A stretch of DNA of 24,000 nucleotides, taken from positions 3,270,646 to 3,294,645 of the forward strand of contig OZ244792.1 of the NCBI GenBank assembly GCA_965219825.1, read 5' to 3'. The translations under genes and the position numbers were made by a program. Of this stretch, positions 1-7,472 are shown in pieces (the first letter of the stretch is position 1; each line of letters begins with the position of its first letter). Under the pieces are notes generated by a model, which was not told the origin of the DNA, did not search any database, and was given only the letters and a program-made list of their open reading frames with translations. The DNA is from Dehalococcoidia bacterium. GTDB lineage: Bacteria > Chloroflexota > Dehalococcoidia > Lucifugimonadales > JAGWBF01.

Positions 1-665
1 CCAGACTGCGTGAGGAGTATGACAACGGCTTACAGCCGGCGGCAACGCTGACGGGGCCTATTGCCGACATGACCGTGGGAGAGGTGGGCAGTGGGGAGCT
101 GGAGCGATACATTGGGCTGACAATTGGTCAAATTGCGCAGCAAGACGGTAAGCACGTTATTGACGCTATGCTGGATATAGCAGTGGCTGACGACCTGAGA
201 ACCGAGTTCCTGGGTAAGATGGTGCATACCAACCCCGGACATACCGCAGAGGTGCTGAAGTCGCCCTACTGTATACCCGGCCTGTCAGACGGGGGAGCGC
301 ACGTCAAATTTGCGACTTTGGGAAACTTCCCGACGGACACCCTGACTTGGCTGGTGCGAGATGAGAAAATGCTGAGCTTGGAGGAAGCCCATAACAAGCT
401 AAGCTTTCTGCCTGCATTCATGGGCGGGATAAAAGACAGGGGATTTATACGTGAGGGTGCCCCTGCCGACCTTGTGGTGTACGACCTGGAAGGACTGAAG
501 CTGCTGCCCGCTGAGGTCGCTCACGACTTGCCCGGTGGTGACTGGCGCCGCGTCCAACGAGCCGAGGGATACCGGTGGATACTGGTGAACGGTCAAGTTA
601 CCTTTGAGGACGGAAAGGAAACCGGAGCACTGCCTGGGAAGGTCCTGCTTCATGGTCGGGGCTAA
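1..665 (+). CDS. N-acyl-D-amino-acid deacylase (D-aminoacylase) family amidohydrolase, C-terminal part; 5' end lies outside the window
   Basis: The frame of the listed ORF (ATG at 69) stays open back to nt 3, so the gene enters from the left edge. The tail GFIREGAPADLVVYDLEGL...GYRWILVNGQVTFEDGKETGALPGKVL looks like the C-terminal domain of D-aminoacylase-type metal amidohydrolases. Confidence 0.7.
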   Translation, partial: RLREEYDNGLQPAATLTGPIADMTVGEVGSGELERYIGLTIGQIAQQDGKHVIDAMLDIAVADDLRTEFLGKMVHTNPGHTAEVLKSPYCIPGLSDGGAHVKFATLGNFPTDTLTWLVRDEKMLSLEEAHNKLSFLPAFMGGIKDRGFIREGAPADLVVYDLEGLKLLPAEVAHDLPGGDWRRVQRAEGYRWILVNGQVTFEDGKETGALPGKVLLHGRG

Positions 666-1659
666 CACGCACGACAGTAGACCCAAGGTATTCATCACAC
701 GTCTCATGGACCAGGAAGCTCTGGACGTGATAGCACGAGAGACGGAGATGGAGGTCTGGCCGGAGGAGTATCCACCCTCCCCGCAAGTCCTGCGGGAGAA
801 GGTGCGGGACGTGGAGGGTGTGCTCACCAATATCATGGACCGCGTGGACTCCGCCTTGTTTGACTCAGCGCCGTGCCTCAAAGTGGTCAGCCACCTGGCA
901 GTAGGTATGGACGCCGTTGACATGGCCGAGGCCACACAACGCGACATACCTGTGGGTTACACACCAGGGGTCCTATCCGGGGCCACCGCCGACCTTGCGT
1001 TTGCCATAATGATGGCCGCGGCCAGACGGGTGGTTGAAACGGAACGATGGGTCCGTGCGGGCAACTGGAGGCTGACTTACCACCCGAAATACTGGCTGGG
1101 CGCTGACATTAGCGGCGCGACTATTGGCATTATCGGCATGGGCAATATCGGGTTGGAGATGGCGAAACGAGCTATGGGCTTTGATATGAGGGTGCTTTAC
1201 TATTCTCGCACCAGGAAGCAGGTTGAAGAGGAGCGCTACGGGATGGAGTACGTTGACGTGGCTGACCTTCTTCGGACGTCGGACTTCGTGAGCCTGCACC
1301 TTCCCCTCACCCCTGAGACCCATCACTTCATAGGAAAGAAGGAACTGGGCGAGATGAAGCCTACCGCAATCCTCGTCAACGCATCGCGAGGGCCTGTGGT
1401 AGACCCTGGGGCTCTCTACAAGGCCCTCAAAGAGGGACGGATAGCGGCGGCGGCCCTGGACGTGACCGAACCGGAACCTATACCGCCCGATGATCCCCTA
1501 CTCACGTTGGACAACGTGGTAGTGACCCCTCATATAGGTAGTGCATCTATAGGGTCGAGGAAGAGCGTGTGCCTGCTGGCCGCCAGAAATCTTCTGGCCG
1601 GTGTGAAGGGGGAGCGATTGGCGCACTGCGCCAACCCGGAGGTCTATGGCTCCGGGTGA
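652..1659 (+). CDS. D-isomer-specific 2-hydroxyacid dehydrogenase (glyoxylate/hydroxypyruvate reductase-like)
   Basis: NAD-binding GIIGMGNIGLEMAKRA motif. Catalytic-region blocks NASRGPVVD, LDVTEPEP and TPHIGSAS (Arg/Glu/His triad positions). I prefer the ATG at 652 (GGAAGG about 10 nt upstream, 14-nt overlap with the upstream gene) over the track start at 604. Confidence 0.85.
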   Translation: MVGANTHDSRPKVFITRLMDQEALDVIARETEMEVWPEEYPPSPQVLREKVRDVEGVLTNIMDRVDSALFDSAPCLKVVSHLAVGMDAVDMAEATQRDIPVGYTPGVLSGATADLAFAIMMAAARRVVETERWVRAGNWRLTYHPKYWLGADISGATIGIIGMGNIGLEMAKRAMGFDMRVLYYSRTRKQVEEERYGMEYVDVADLLRTSDFVSLHLPLTPETHHFIGKKELGEMKPTAILVNASRGPVVDPGALYKALKEGRIAAAALDVTEPEPIPPDDPLLTLDNVVVTPHIGSASIGSRKSVCLLAARNLLAGVKGERLAHCANPEVYGSG

Positions 1660-1826
1660 CTTATCTGGCCGGGTCACTATCGTCAGATCGTGGTAAGGCA
1701 CGAGGCGTAACACAGGCCGGACAGTAACAGCTTTGGCGGTCTCTAACTATGTGAACAAGACCATGCAGCCGCCCATCATCTTGGTCAAACTTTGGAGCGA
1801 TTCGGTCGAACCCTCGCTCATAGGGG

Positions 1827-2123
1827 TCAAGCGAAAATCCTTGATTTTGAGTCGGCTATGACTTGGCAGATGTCTCCAATCAAGTTTCGTCTCTGTTCGC
1901 CCGTCAGCGAGTCATAAGGCGCTGCAAGTCGGTTCTGTGGTGCCCGTAGGTAAGACGCATGAAAAGGGATTGTACCGGTCTCAGTGGGAAAATATCGTGC
2001 CTGGAGTTGATCAAGACTCTGTGCAAGGTAGTAAGTTTCTCGTTCAAAAACGGAAAGGCCCGCTACTACAAAATAGCGGGCCTCTTTGTGAGTACCGGAC
2101 TCGTCCAAGTAGATGATATGCAT
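1827..2123 (-). CDS. DUF3800 domain protein, N-terminal fragment (98 aa; probably truncated or frameshifted)
   Basis: Starts MHIIYLDESG, the hallmark N-terminal acidic motif of DUF3800, followed by FHASYL. Typical family members are about twice as long. About 50% GC by hand count, lower than the neighbouring genes. Confidence 0.6.
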   Translation of the reverse strand: MHIIYLDESGTHKEARYFVVAGLSVFERETYYLAQSLDQLQARYFPTETGTIPFHASYLRAPQNRLAAPYDSLTGEQRRNLIGDICQVIADSKSRIFA

Positions 2124-2193
2124 TGTCCATAAGGAGCCGACTGGACATGAACGCCCAACGAGCCAACCGGTAGGAGCCCTATCGACTTGCTAA

Positions 2194-2222
2194 GTGGTAT
2201 CACTGATCTCATAACATGTCAA
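2194..2222 (-). promoter_or_regulatory. Candidate promoter for the DUF3800 gene: TTGACA, then a 17-nt spacer ending in TGa, then TACCAC
   Basis: On the minus strand: TTGACA (2222..2217), spacer tgttatgagatcagtga (an extended -10 TG), TACCAC (2199..2194). Lies about 70 nt upstream of the ATG at 2123. Confidence 0.35.
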
Positions 2223-2253
2223 GAATCTTTTTGTTTTAATAGCTCTTATTCAC

Positions 2254-3054
2254 CTACCACAGCCTGTAGAAGTGGTTCAGCGGGCCGTGGCCACGGCCCA
2301 CGTTGAAGGAGCGCCGTATAGCCTCGGTTACGTACTCCTTTGCCGCCATCACTGCATCCGCAACATCCATCCCTTTTGCCAGTCCTGCGGCTATGGCCGA
2401 CGCGAAGGTGCAGCCCGTGCCGTGGGTGTTTCCGGTATCTATGCGGGCCGCGCTGAACTCTTGGAATTCTTGCCCATCGTAGAGCAAGTCTACAGGTGGC
2501 CCCGTCAAATGCCCCCCTTTGACGACTACGGACTTTGCCCCCATATTCACGATCTTCTCGGCAGCACGGCGAGCGTCCTCCCCCGATTCTATCTTCATTT
2601 CTGTCAAGGTCTCGGCCTCGGGAATGTTGGGGGTGACAACTGTTGCCAGAGGCAGTAAACTGCGCCGCAAGGCATCCACCGCTTCTTCTCTCAGTAACCT
2701 ATCGCCACTTTTGGCTACCATCACCGGGTCAACCACCAGACGCTCCACTCGAAAGTGGGCCAGCTCTCCGGCTACCGTCTCTATGATGTCGCTGCTGGAG
2801 AGCATACCCGTTTTTACCGCATCGGCCCCGATGTCAGAGAGCACCGCCTCTATTTGGGATGCCACCATCTCGACCGGAATCTCGTGTACTCCGGTGACGC
2901 CCACAGTGTTCTGCGCAGTTATGGCGGTGACGACTGAAGCTCCGTATGCTCCCATGGCGGCGAAGGTCTTGAGGTCGGCCTGAATCCCGGCGCCGCCACC
3001 GGAGTCGGAACCCGCTATGGTCATAACTATAGGAATGTGACTTAATCCGGCCAT
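2254..3054 (-). CDS. thiD: Hydroxymethylpyrimidine/phosphomethylpyrimidine kinase
   Basis: VMTIAGSDSGGGAGIQADLKT, AITAQNT, VVDPVMVAKSGD and GTGCTFASAIAAGLAKG are the canonical ThiD (ribokinase-fold) blocks. Overlaps the tenA stop by 13 nt. Confidence 0.95.
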   Translation of the reverse strand: MAGLSHIPIVMTIAGSDSGGGAGIQADLKTFAAMGAYGASVVTAITAQNTVGVTGVHEIPVEMVASQIEAVLSDIGADAVKTGMLSSSDIIETVAGELAHFRVERLVVDPVMVAKSGDRLLREEAVDALRRSLLPLATVVTPNIPEAETLTEMKIESGEDARRAAEKIVNMGAKSVVVKGGHLTGPPVDLLYDGQEFQEFSAARIDTGNTHGTGCTFASAIAAGLAKGMDVADAVMAAKEYVTEAIRRSFNVGRGHGPLNHFYRLW

Positions 3055-3698
3055 CGCTCCCCTTTGTACGCCATCTCCCAGAAAAGATACTCATAGCGTA
3101 GGGTAGTTAGGAATATATCGTTGAGTCTGGCAGAGTCGGTCACGGCGGCGCTGTCCAGAACACCGCGCATCCAGGTAACGAAGTCCTCCAGTTCCTTGCC
3201 GGCATGGATATCTATCCACGTCCGGTAGTATTTGTTATTTGGGTGCTTGCCCGCTGCCACCAGCCGCTTTGCCCAGTCCACGTAAGGCCACTCGATGGCC
3301 AGCAATGTGGTGATGATTTCGTGGAAAGTGCCTTCACTTCCGATATTTCGCAGAAATCCACTGTAAGCCAGAGACGTGGGTAGATACTTGAGGCCCGCAA
3401 TTCCTTCCGTGGACACGCCCGTTTCTCTGAAGAAGTCCTGGAAGAGACCCTCCTCCGCTCCCAAGGCTCCATGTATGAAGGCGGCCAGGGGCCGCGCATG
3501 ATCGAAGTCCGGTGCCTTGACGACACCACCACACATGAGAGCAATCCAGTCTTTCAGGAAAAGATGGTCTTGTTGAAAGTAGACATTGAACTTCTCAACC
3601 GGGAGTGTCTCATCTCCCAACTCAATTACAAAGGGGTGAGTCACTGTCTTCTCCCACAGTGCCCCAACGCTTCTCCGGAGGTCTTCGCTCAGGCTCAT
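3042..3698 (-). CDS. tenA: Thiaminase II / aminopyrimidine aminohydrolase
   Basis: HPFVIELGDETLPVEKFNVYFQQDHLFL, LAIEWPY and RYEYLFWEMAY are typical TenA/haem-oxygenase-like-fold blocks. The ATG at 3698 (MSLSEDL, GAGAGG upstream) is preferred over the track's GTG at 3716. Confidence 0.9.
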   Translation of the reverse strand: MSLSEDLRRSVGALWEKTVTHPFVIELGDETLPVEKFNVYFQQDHLFLKDWIALMCGGVVKAPDFDHARPLAAFIHGALGAEEGLFQDFFRETGVSTEGIAGLKYLPTSLAYSGFLRNIGSEGTFHEIITTLLAIEWPYVDWAKRLVAAGKHPNNKYYRTWIDIHAGKELEDFVTWMRGVLDSAAVTDSARLNDIFLTTLRYEYLFWEMAYKGERWPD

Positions 3699-3815
3699 TT
3701 CCCACACCTCTCTCACGGCGTTCCGGTTCTAATAGTTACCCTGAGCGACAGCGAAGATCTTCTCCCTGCATGATTAGATACCTCGCTCCGCTCGGCCTGA
3801 TAGTACGGGAAAAAA

Positions 3816-4817
3816 CTAATTGGCATTCTCAACGAACTCGTTGGTGAAGGAGGCGTTACCGTCAACACGGTTTTCCACTAGCTTGTTGTCATACAACCAA
3901 CTTGCGAATGCGGTCCACCGCTCTGAAGTCTGCCAGCCGACGGGCGATCCGTTCTTCCATAGTGGTGCGATGACCTTGATACCGGGCCGTTCTATGGCCT
4001 CATCTACCTCTTCCCCTGTGCGATTGAACAGGACCTCTACCGCAATGTCAGTGTCGTTGGCGGCGTCCTCGTAGCCCCGGACAACGGCGCGGACAAACCG
4101 CTGCACTACGTCGGGTCTCTCTTCAAGCATCTTCTCACTGGTCACCAGCACCAGCTCATAGAAGTCGGGCACACCCCATTCCTCCATCTTCATGATGTGG
4201 ACCTGGTGGCCCTGGTTCTCAATGAGAAATGACTCGTGGCTGAAGTAGCAGCCAATGCAGGCATCCACCTGCCCGCTTATCAGGGCCTCAGCCAGGTTGA
4301 AGCCCACGTTGACTAGTTCCACCTCATCAAGACCGCCGGACACCCCATCATACTTGAGCATGGTGTCCAGCAAGGGCTCGTTGGTAGGGATGCCCGGATA
4401 GCCGACCTTCTTCCCTACCAGGTCCTTGGGTGTCCTAATCCCCGATGATTCGAGCACCTGCACCGAATTTAACGGGTGTTGCACCAGGCCGGCGATGGAG
4501 ACCACAGGCACACCCTGGGACCGGGCGATAAGCAAGTCGGGTTGGTAGTTGATACCAAAATCGTCGGCCCCTGCCGCTACCGTTTGATTCACCGTCGAGG
4601 GGTCGGAGGGGGTGTACATGTTGACACTGAGGTTCTCGTCAGCGAAATATCCCTTTTCCATAGCCATGTATAGACCGGCATGGTTGGCATTCGGGTACCA
4701 GTCAAGGGCCAGCTTTACGGTTACCACCTCATCATCGTCACTACCTCCACACGCCGTTGCACCCAGAATAATGACCATCAACACTGTGAGAGCTAGCAAC
4801 CACAGTTTCTTTGCCAT
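3816..4817 (-). CDS. thiY: ABC transporter substrate-binding lipoprotein, NMT1/THI5-like (HMP / formylaminopyrimidine binding, ThiY-type)
   Basis: LALDWYPNANHAGLYMAMEKGYF, the NMT1/THI5 fold signature. N-terminal signal with a lipobox-like LGATAC followed by GGSDDD. The ATG at 4817 has GGAGG 9 nt upstream. Sits in a TPP-riboswitch operon with tenA and thiD. Confidence 0.85.
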   Translation of the reverse strand: MAKKLWLLALTVLMVIILGATACGGSDDDEVVTVKLALDWYPNANHAGLYMAMEKGYFADENLSVNMYTPSDPSTVNQTVAAGADDFGINYQPDLLIARSQGVPVVSIAGLVQHPLNSVQVLESSGIRTPKDLVGKKVGYPGIPTNEPLLDTMLKYDGVSGGLDEVELVNVGFNLAEALISGQVDACIGCYFSHESFLIENQGHQVHIMKMEEWGVPDFYELVLVTSEKMLEERPDVVQRFVRAVVRGYEDAANDTDIAVEVLFNRTGEEVDEAIERPGIKVIAPLWKNGSPVGWQTSERWTAFASWLYDNKLVENRVDGNASFTNEFVENAN

Positions 4818-4853
4818 GTCATATACCTCCGTCACTCGTTTTCGAATAATTGA

Positions 4854-5732
4854 TTACCTATCAGATATTCCCCGGCTCTTGCCCATCAAGGCCCGCTGCT
4901 GACGCTGGTTGTGATGCCAGGGTAGCAATAGTCTCTCCAGCAACCCGGCAACCAGGAACAGACCTATGCCCATCAAGGCCAGCAGGACGATGGACGCATA
5001 CACCCGTTCAGTAAGAAACTGGGACTTGGACCTTATAGCCAAGTACCCCAACCCCTCGCTGGAACCCACCCACTCCCCCACAACTGCTCCAATGACGCTG
5101 ACCGCTATGGCTATCTTTATACCTGAGAACATGGAGGGCAGGCAGTTTGGCACCTGGACTTTAGAAAACGCCTGCCATCGGTTTGCTCCCAGGGTGCGCA
5201 AAAGGTTCATCATATCCGGATCGGCGGATTTCAGCCCATCCACGGTGCTCACTACGATTGGGAAAAAGGAGATGAACGCCACCACTATAATTTTGTGCTG
5301 CATCCCGTAACCGAGCCAGATAATCAACAGAGGGGCAATCACGATCCAGGGAATGGTCGAGGAGCCGATGACCAGTGGGTAGATAACCCGCTCCATCGTC
5401 CTTGACATAATGATGAGTCCGGAGAGGACTACTCCACAGGCCAAAGCAATGCAGAAGCCAACCAGTGCTTCCTTCAAGGTCACCCATGTGTGGTCGAGAA
5501 GCAGGGCCCTGCTGTCCCACAGCTCCTCTCCTATGCCGGAGGGCGCGGGAAGCTTCCAGTTGGGGATGTCTCTGATGGCCACGACTCCCTCCCATAGGCC
5601 AACAGCCCCGGCAATAATGAGAATGGGGGGGAGCCAGTGCATGAATAGTTGGGCCAACCCACGGCTTGTAAACGGCATGGAGCGACTTGGCCCGCCGGCC
5701 CCCGGTCCTACGTTCGCCTCTGTCACCGCCAC
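4854..5732 (-). CDS. thiX: ABC transporter permease (NitT/TauT family, ThiX-type)
   Basis: Multi-pass hydrophobic protein with the EAA-loop region LRTLGANRWQAFSKVQVPNCLP. The GTG start overlaps the thiZ stop by 10 nt. A later ATG (MPFTSRG, 5678) is an alternative start. Confidence 0.85.
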   Translation of the reverse strand: MAVTEANVGPGAGGPSRSMPFTSRGLAQLFMHWLPPILIIAGAVGLWEGVVAIRDIPNWKLPAPSGIGEELWDSRALLLDHTWVTLKEALVGFCIALACGVVLSGLIIMSRTMERVIYPLVIGSSTIPWIVIAPLLIIWLGYGMQHKIIVVAFISFFPIVVSTVDGLKSADPDMMNLLRTLGANRWQAFSKVQVPNCLPSMFSGIKIAIAVSVIGAVVGEWVGSSEGLGYLAIRSKSQFLTERVYASIVLLALMGIGLFLVAGLLERLLLPWHHNQRQQRALMGKSRGISDR

Positions 5733-6520
5733 GACTCCTCCACAACGCGGAGGTTCTCTTCTCGCAAGGCCGCTATCATCTCTGATTTGAGAGATATGAA
5801 CGGCCCCTCAGTGACCATGTGGTGACTGCGGGGCCGGGGCAAGTTTACGTCCATTACCGCCTTTACCTTCCCCGGGCGTGCCGTCAGCACGTAGACCCTG
5901 TCGGACAGGAGCAAGGCTTCATCCACGTCGTGGGTCACGAGAACGATAGTCTTATCCAGTGAGTCCCATAGACCAACCAACCACTCCTGCATCTGCGTCC
6001 TGGTCAAGGCATCCAGCGCCCCAAATGGCTCGTCCAGGAGCATCACGTCTCGGTTGACAAGGATGGTGCGTAAGAAGGCGGCCCGTTGGCGCATCCCGCC
6101 CGATAGAGTGTAGGGGTATTCCTTCTCGAAGCCTCTCAGCCCGAAGGCATCTACAAGCTCCAAAGCCTGCTTCCTGGCATTGCGGCGGGACACACCCTGG
6201 ATCTCCAGGCCCAAGATGGCGTTATCCAGCACCGTCCGCCAGGGCATCAGCAGGTCTTTCTGCTGCATGTACCCAACGAGACCCAGGCGGTTGACGGTCT
6301 GAGCACCGTCCAGCTCAACAGAGCCGGCGTCGGGCTGCTCCAGTCCGGCGATGATATTCAAAAGTGTGCTCTTACCGCACCCGCTGGGACCTATAATACT
6401 CACGAACTCCCCGCTGGTGGCAGAAAAGGCCACCCCTTCCAATACGGCCACTCGCCTTCCGTTCATGCCGAAAGACTTGTATATGTTCCGAAGATGTATT
6501 TTGAATGCTGATGTTTCCAT
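5723..6520 (-). CDS. thiZ: ABC transporter ATP-binding protein (ThiZ-type)
   Basis: Walker A GPSGCGKST, signature LSGGMRQR, Walker B MLLDEPFGALD, H-loop VTHD. The ATG at 6520 (METSAFKI) is preferred because the longer track ORF (to 6580) would run through the riboswitch terminator hairpin. Confidence 0.9.
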   Translation of the reverse strand: METSAFKIHLRNIYKSFGMNGRRVAVLEGVAFSATSGEFVSIIGPSGCGKSTLLNIIAGLEQPDAGSVELDGAQTVNRLGLVGYMQQKDLLMPWRTVLDNAILGLEIQGVSRRNARKQALELVDAFGLRGFEKEYPYTLSGGMRQRAAFLRTILVNRDVMLLDEPFGALDALTRTQMQEWLVGLWDSLDKTIVLVTHDVDEALLLSDRVYVLTARPGKVKAVMDVNLPRPRSHHMVTEGPFISLKSEMIAALREENLRVVEESWR

Positions 6521-6537
6521 CTGACCTGAAATACCAG

Positions 6538-6566
6538 AAGGCCGCCAAGCTGAGGCTGGCGGCCTT
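6538..6566 (-). terminator. Riboswitch expression-platform hairpin (probable attenuator/terminator)
   Basis: AAGGCCGCCA-gcctcagct-TGGCGGCCTT, a 10-bp perfect stem. It lies between the TPP aptamer and the thiZ ATG and is followed on the minus strand by CTGGTATTTC, an imperfect U-tract. Confidence 0.6.
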
Positions 6567-6591
6567 TTCCATTCCGACACTATCCACGGAC

Positions 6592-6692
6592 GCCAATTCC
6601 CTACGCTGGCATTACCCAGATCAGGTTCGCAAGGGTCGGCGACATTTGGGGTCGCCCTCTCAGCCTGGCTAAACCAAGCTCCCCTACGGGCC
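6592..6692 (-). promoter_or_regulatory. TPP (THI-box) riboswitch aptamer
   Basis: The minus strand reads GGGGAGC...GGCTGAGAGGGCGACCCC...ACCCTTGCGAACCTGATCTGGGTAATGCCAGCGTAGGGAA. This contains the invariant CTGAGA, ACCTGATCTGG-TAATGCCAGCGTAGGGAA core of the THI element. It sits directly upstream of a thiamine salvage operon. Confidence 0.92.
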
Positions 6693-6715
6693 TAGATATA
6701 TTCTATTTGGTTGTA

Positions 6716-6745
6716 ATTATAGAGTTTGGGTATCGGACATGTCAA
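6716..6745 (-). promoter_or_regulatory. Promoter of the riboswitch/thi operon: TTGACA-18-TATAAT
   Basis: The minus strand reads TTGACA (6745..6740), tgtccgatacccaaactc, TATAAT (6721..6716). Both hexamers are perfect, about 25 nt upstream of the aptamer. The -10 overlaps the stop codon (6717-6719) of the upstream gene. Confidence 0.65.
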
Positions 6746-7472
6746 TAGCGAGCTTCCCTTTGGGGCAAAGCTCCAGCAAGCAGCAGCCGCGGCAGCGTGG
6801 CTCCTTCTTACAGGTCTCCTTGGCGTGGCGGTCCAGGAGAGCATGGTACTCGTTATACAGGGCCACGTCTCTTGGCAGGTTCTGATGGAAAAGGGTCTGG
6901 TATGTCTGGTAGCTCTCGTTTCTCGGTGCTATATCGAGACGTTTGAGGATGCGGCGAGTGTAAAGGTCTATCACGAAAGAAGGCTTTCTGGCGGCGTACA
7001 GGATTATGTCGTCAGCAGTCTCTTCGCCGATGCCGTATATGGAAAGCAGCTCCCTCCGCAGGTCTCCAGCTTCTTTCGACAGCAAAGATCCCAGGTCGCC
7101 GCCATAGCTGCCCCAGAGGTGGTGAATGAAAGCCTTCACCTTTCCTGCCTTGGCGTTGAAGTAGCCCGACGGCCTAATCAGGGCGGCCAATTTATCCTCG
7201 GGGATGTCTCTCAGGGCACGGGTGGACAGTAGGTCACCGGCCTTGAGGTTGGTCAAGGCTTTCTCTGCGTTTGTCCATGCAGTGGCTTGAGTCAAAATCG
7301 CTCCCAGTACAGTTTCCAACCGGCTCTCGCCGGGCCACCAGTGCTGCGGCCCATAACGCTCGTAGAGCCGGCGGTAGACCTCAAGCAGCAAGGCTTCGCT
7401 GACATCTGCCGTGAAGATGGCTTCGCTGCTCTGAATCGGCATGGACTCTCCTGTTTGAGATGTATTATTCAT
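6717..7472 (-). CDS. Endonuclease III-related HhH-GPD domain protein (COG2231-like) with C-terminal Fe-S Cys cluster
   Basis: Helix-hairpin-helix LLSIYGIGEETADDIILYA. C-terminal CKKEPRCRGCCLLELCP matches the EndoIII-type 4Fe-4S loop. The start at 7472 (MNNTSQ) forms an ATGA overlap with the sfsA stop. The 103 extra N-terminal codons of the track ORF are Arg/Pro/Gly-rich and lie out of frame inside sfsA. Confidence 0.85.
   Translation of the reverse strand: MNNTSQTGESMPIQSSEAIFTADVSEALLLEVYRRLYERYGPQHWWPGESRLETVLGAILTQATAWTNAEKALTNLKAGDLLSTRALRDIPEDKLAALIRPSGYFNAKAGKVKAFIHHLWGSYGGDLGSLLSKEAGDLRRELLSIYGIGEETADDIILYAARKPSFVIDLYTRRILKRLDIAPRNESYQTYQTLFHQNLPRDVALYNEYHALLDRHAKETCKKEPRCRGCCLLELCPKGKLAIDMSDTQTL

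Noticed and set aside
1790-1830. tRNA-fragment-like GGTTCGA / hairpin GAGCGA...TCGCTC next to the DUF3800 remnant (possible integration att site)
   Set aside because: I tried to fold it as a T-arm plus acceptor on both strands. The stem positions do not pair (no C61-G53 closure) and there is no CCA-proximal acceptor strand.
3717-3815. Possible second riboswitch or small gene in the 98-nt thiY-tenA gap
   Set aside because: There is no THI-box core (CTGAGA / ACCTGATCTGG...) on either strand and no ORF with an RBS. It is probably just an intercistronic spacer.
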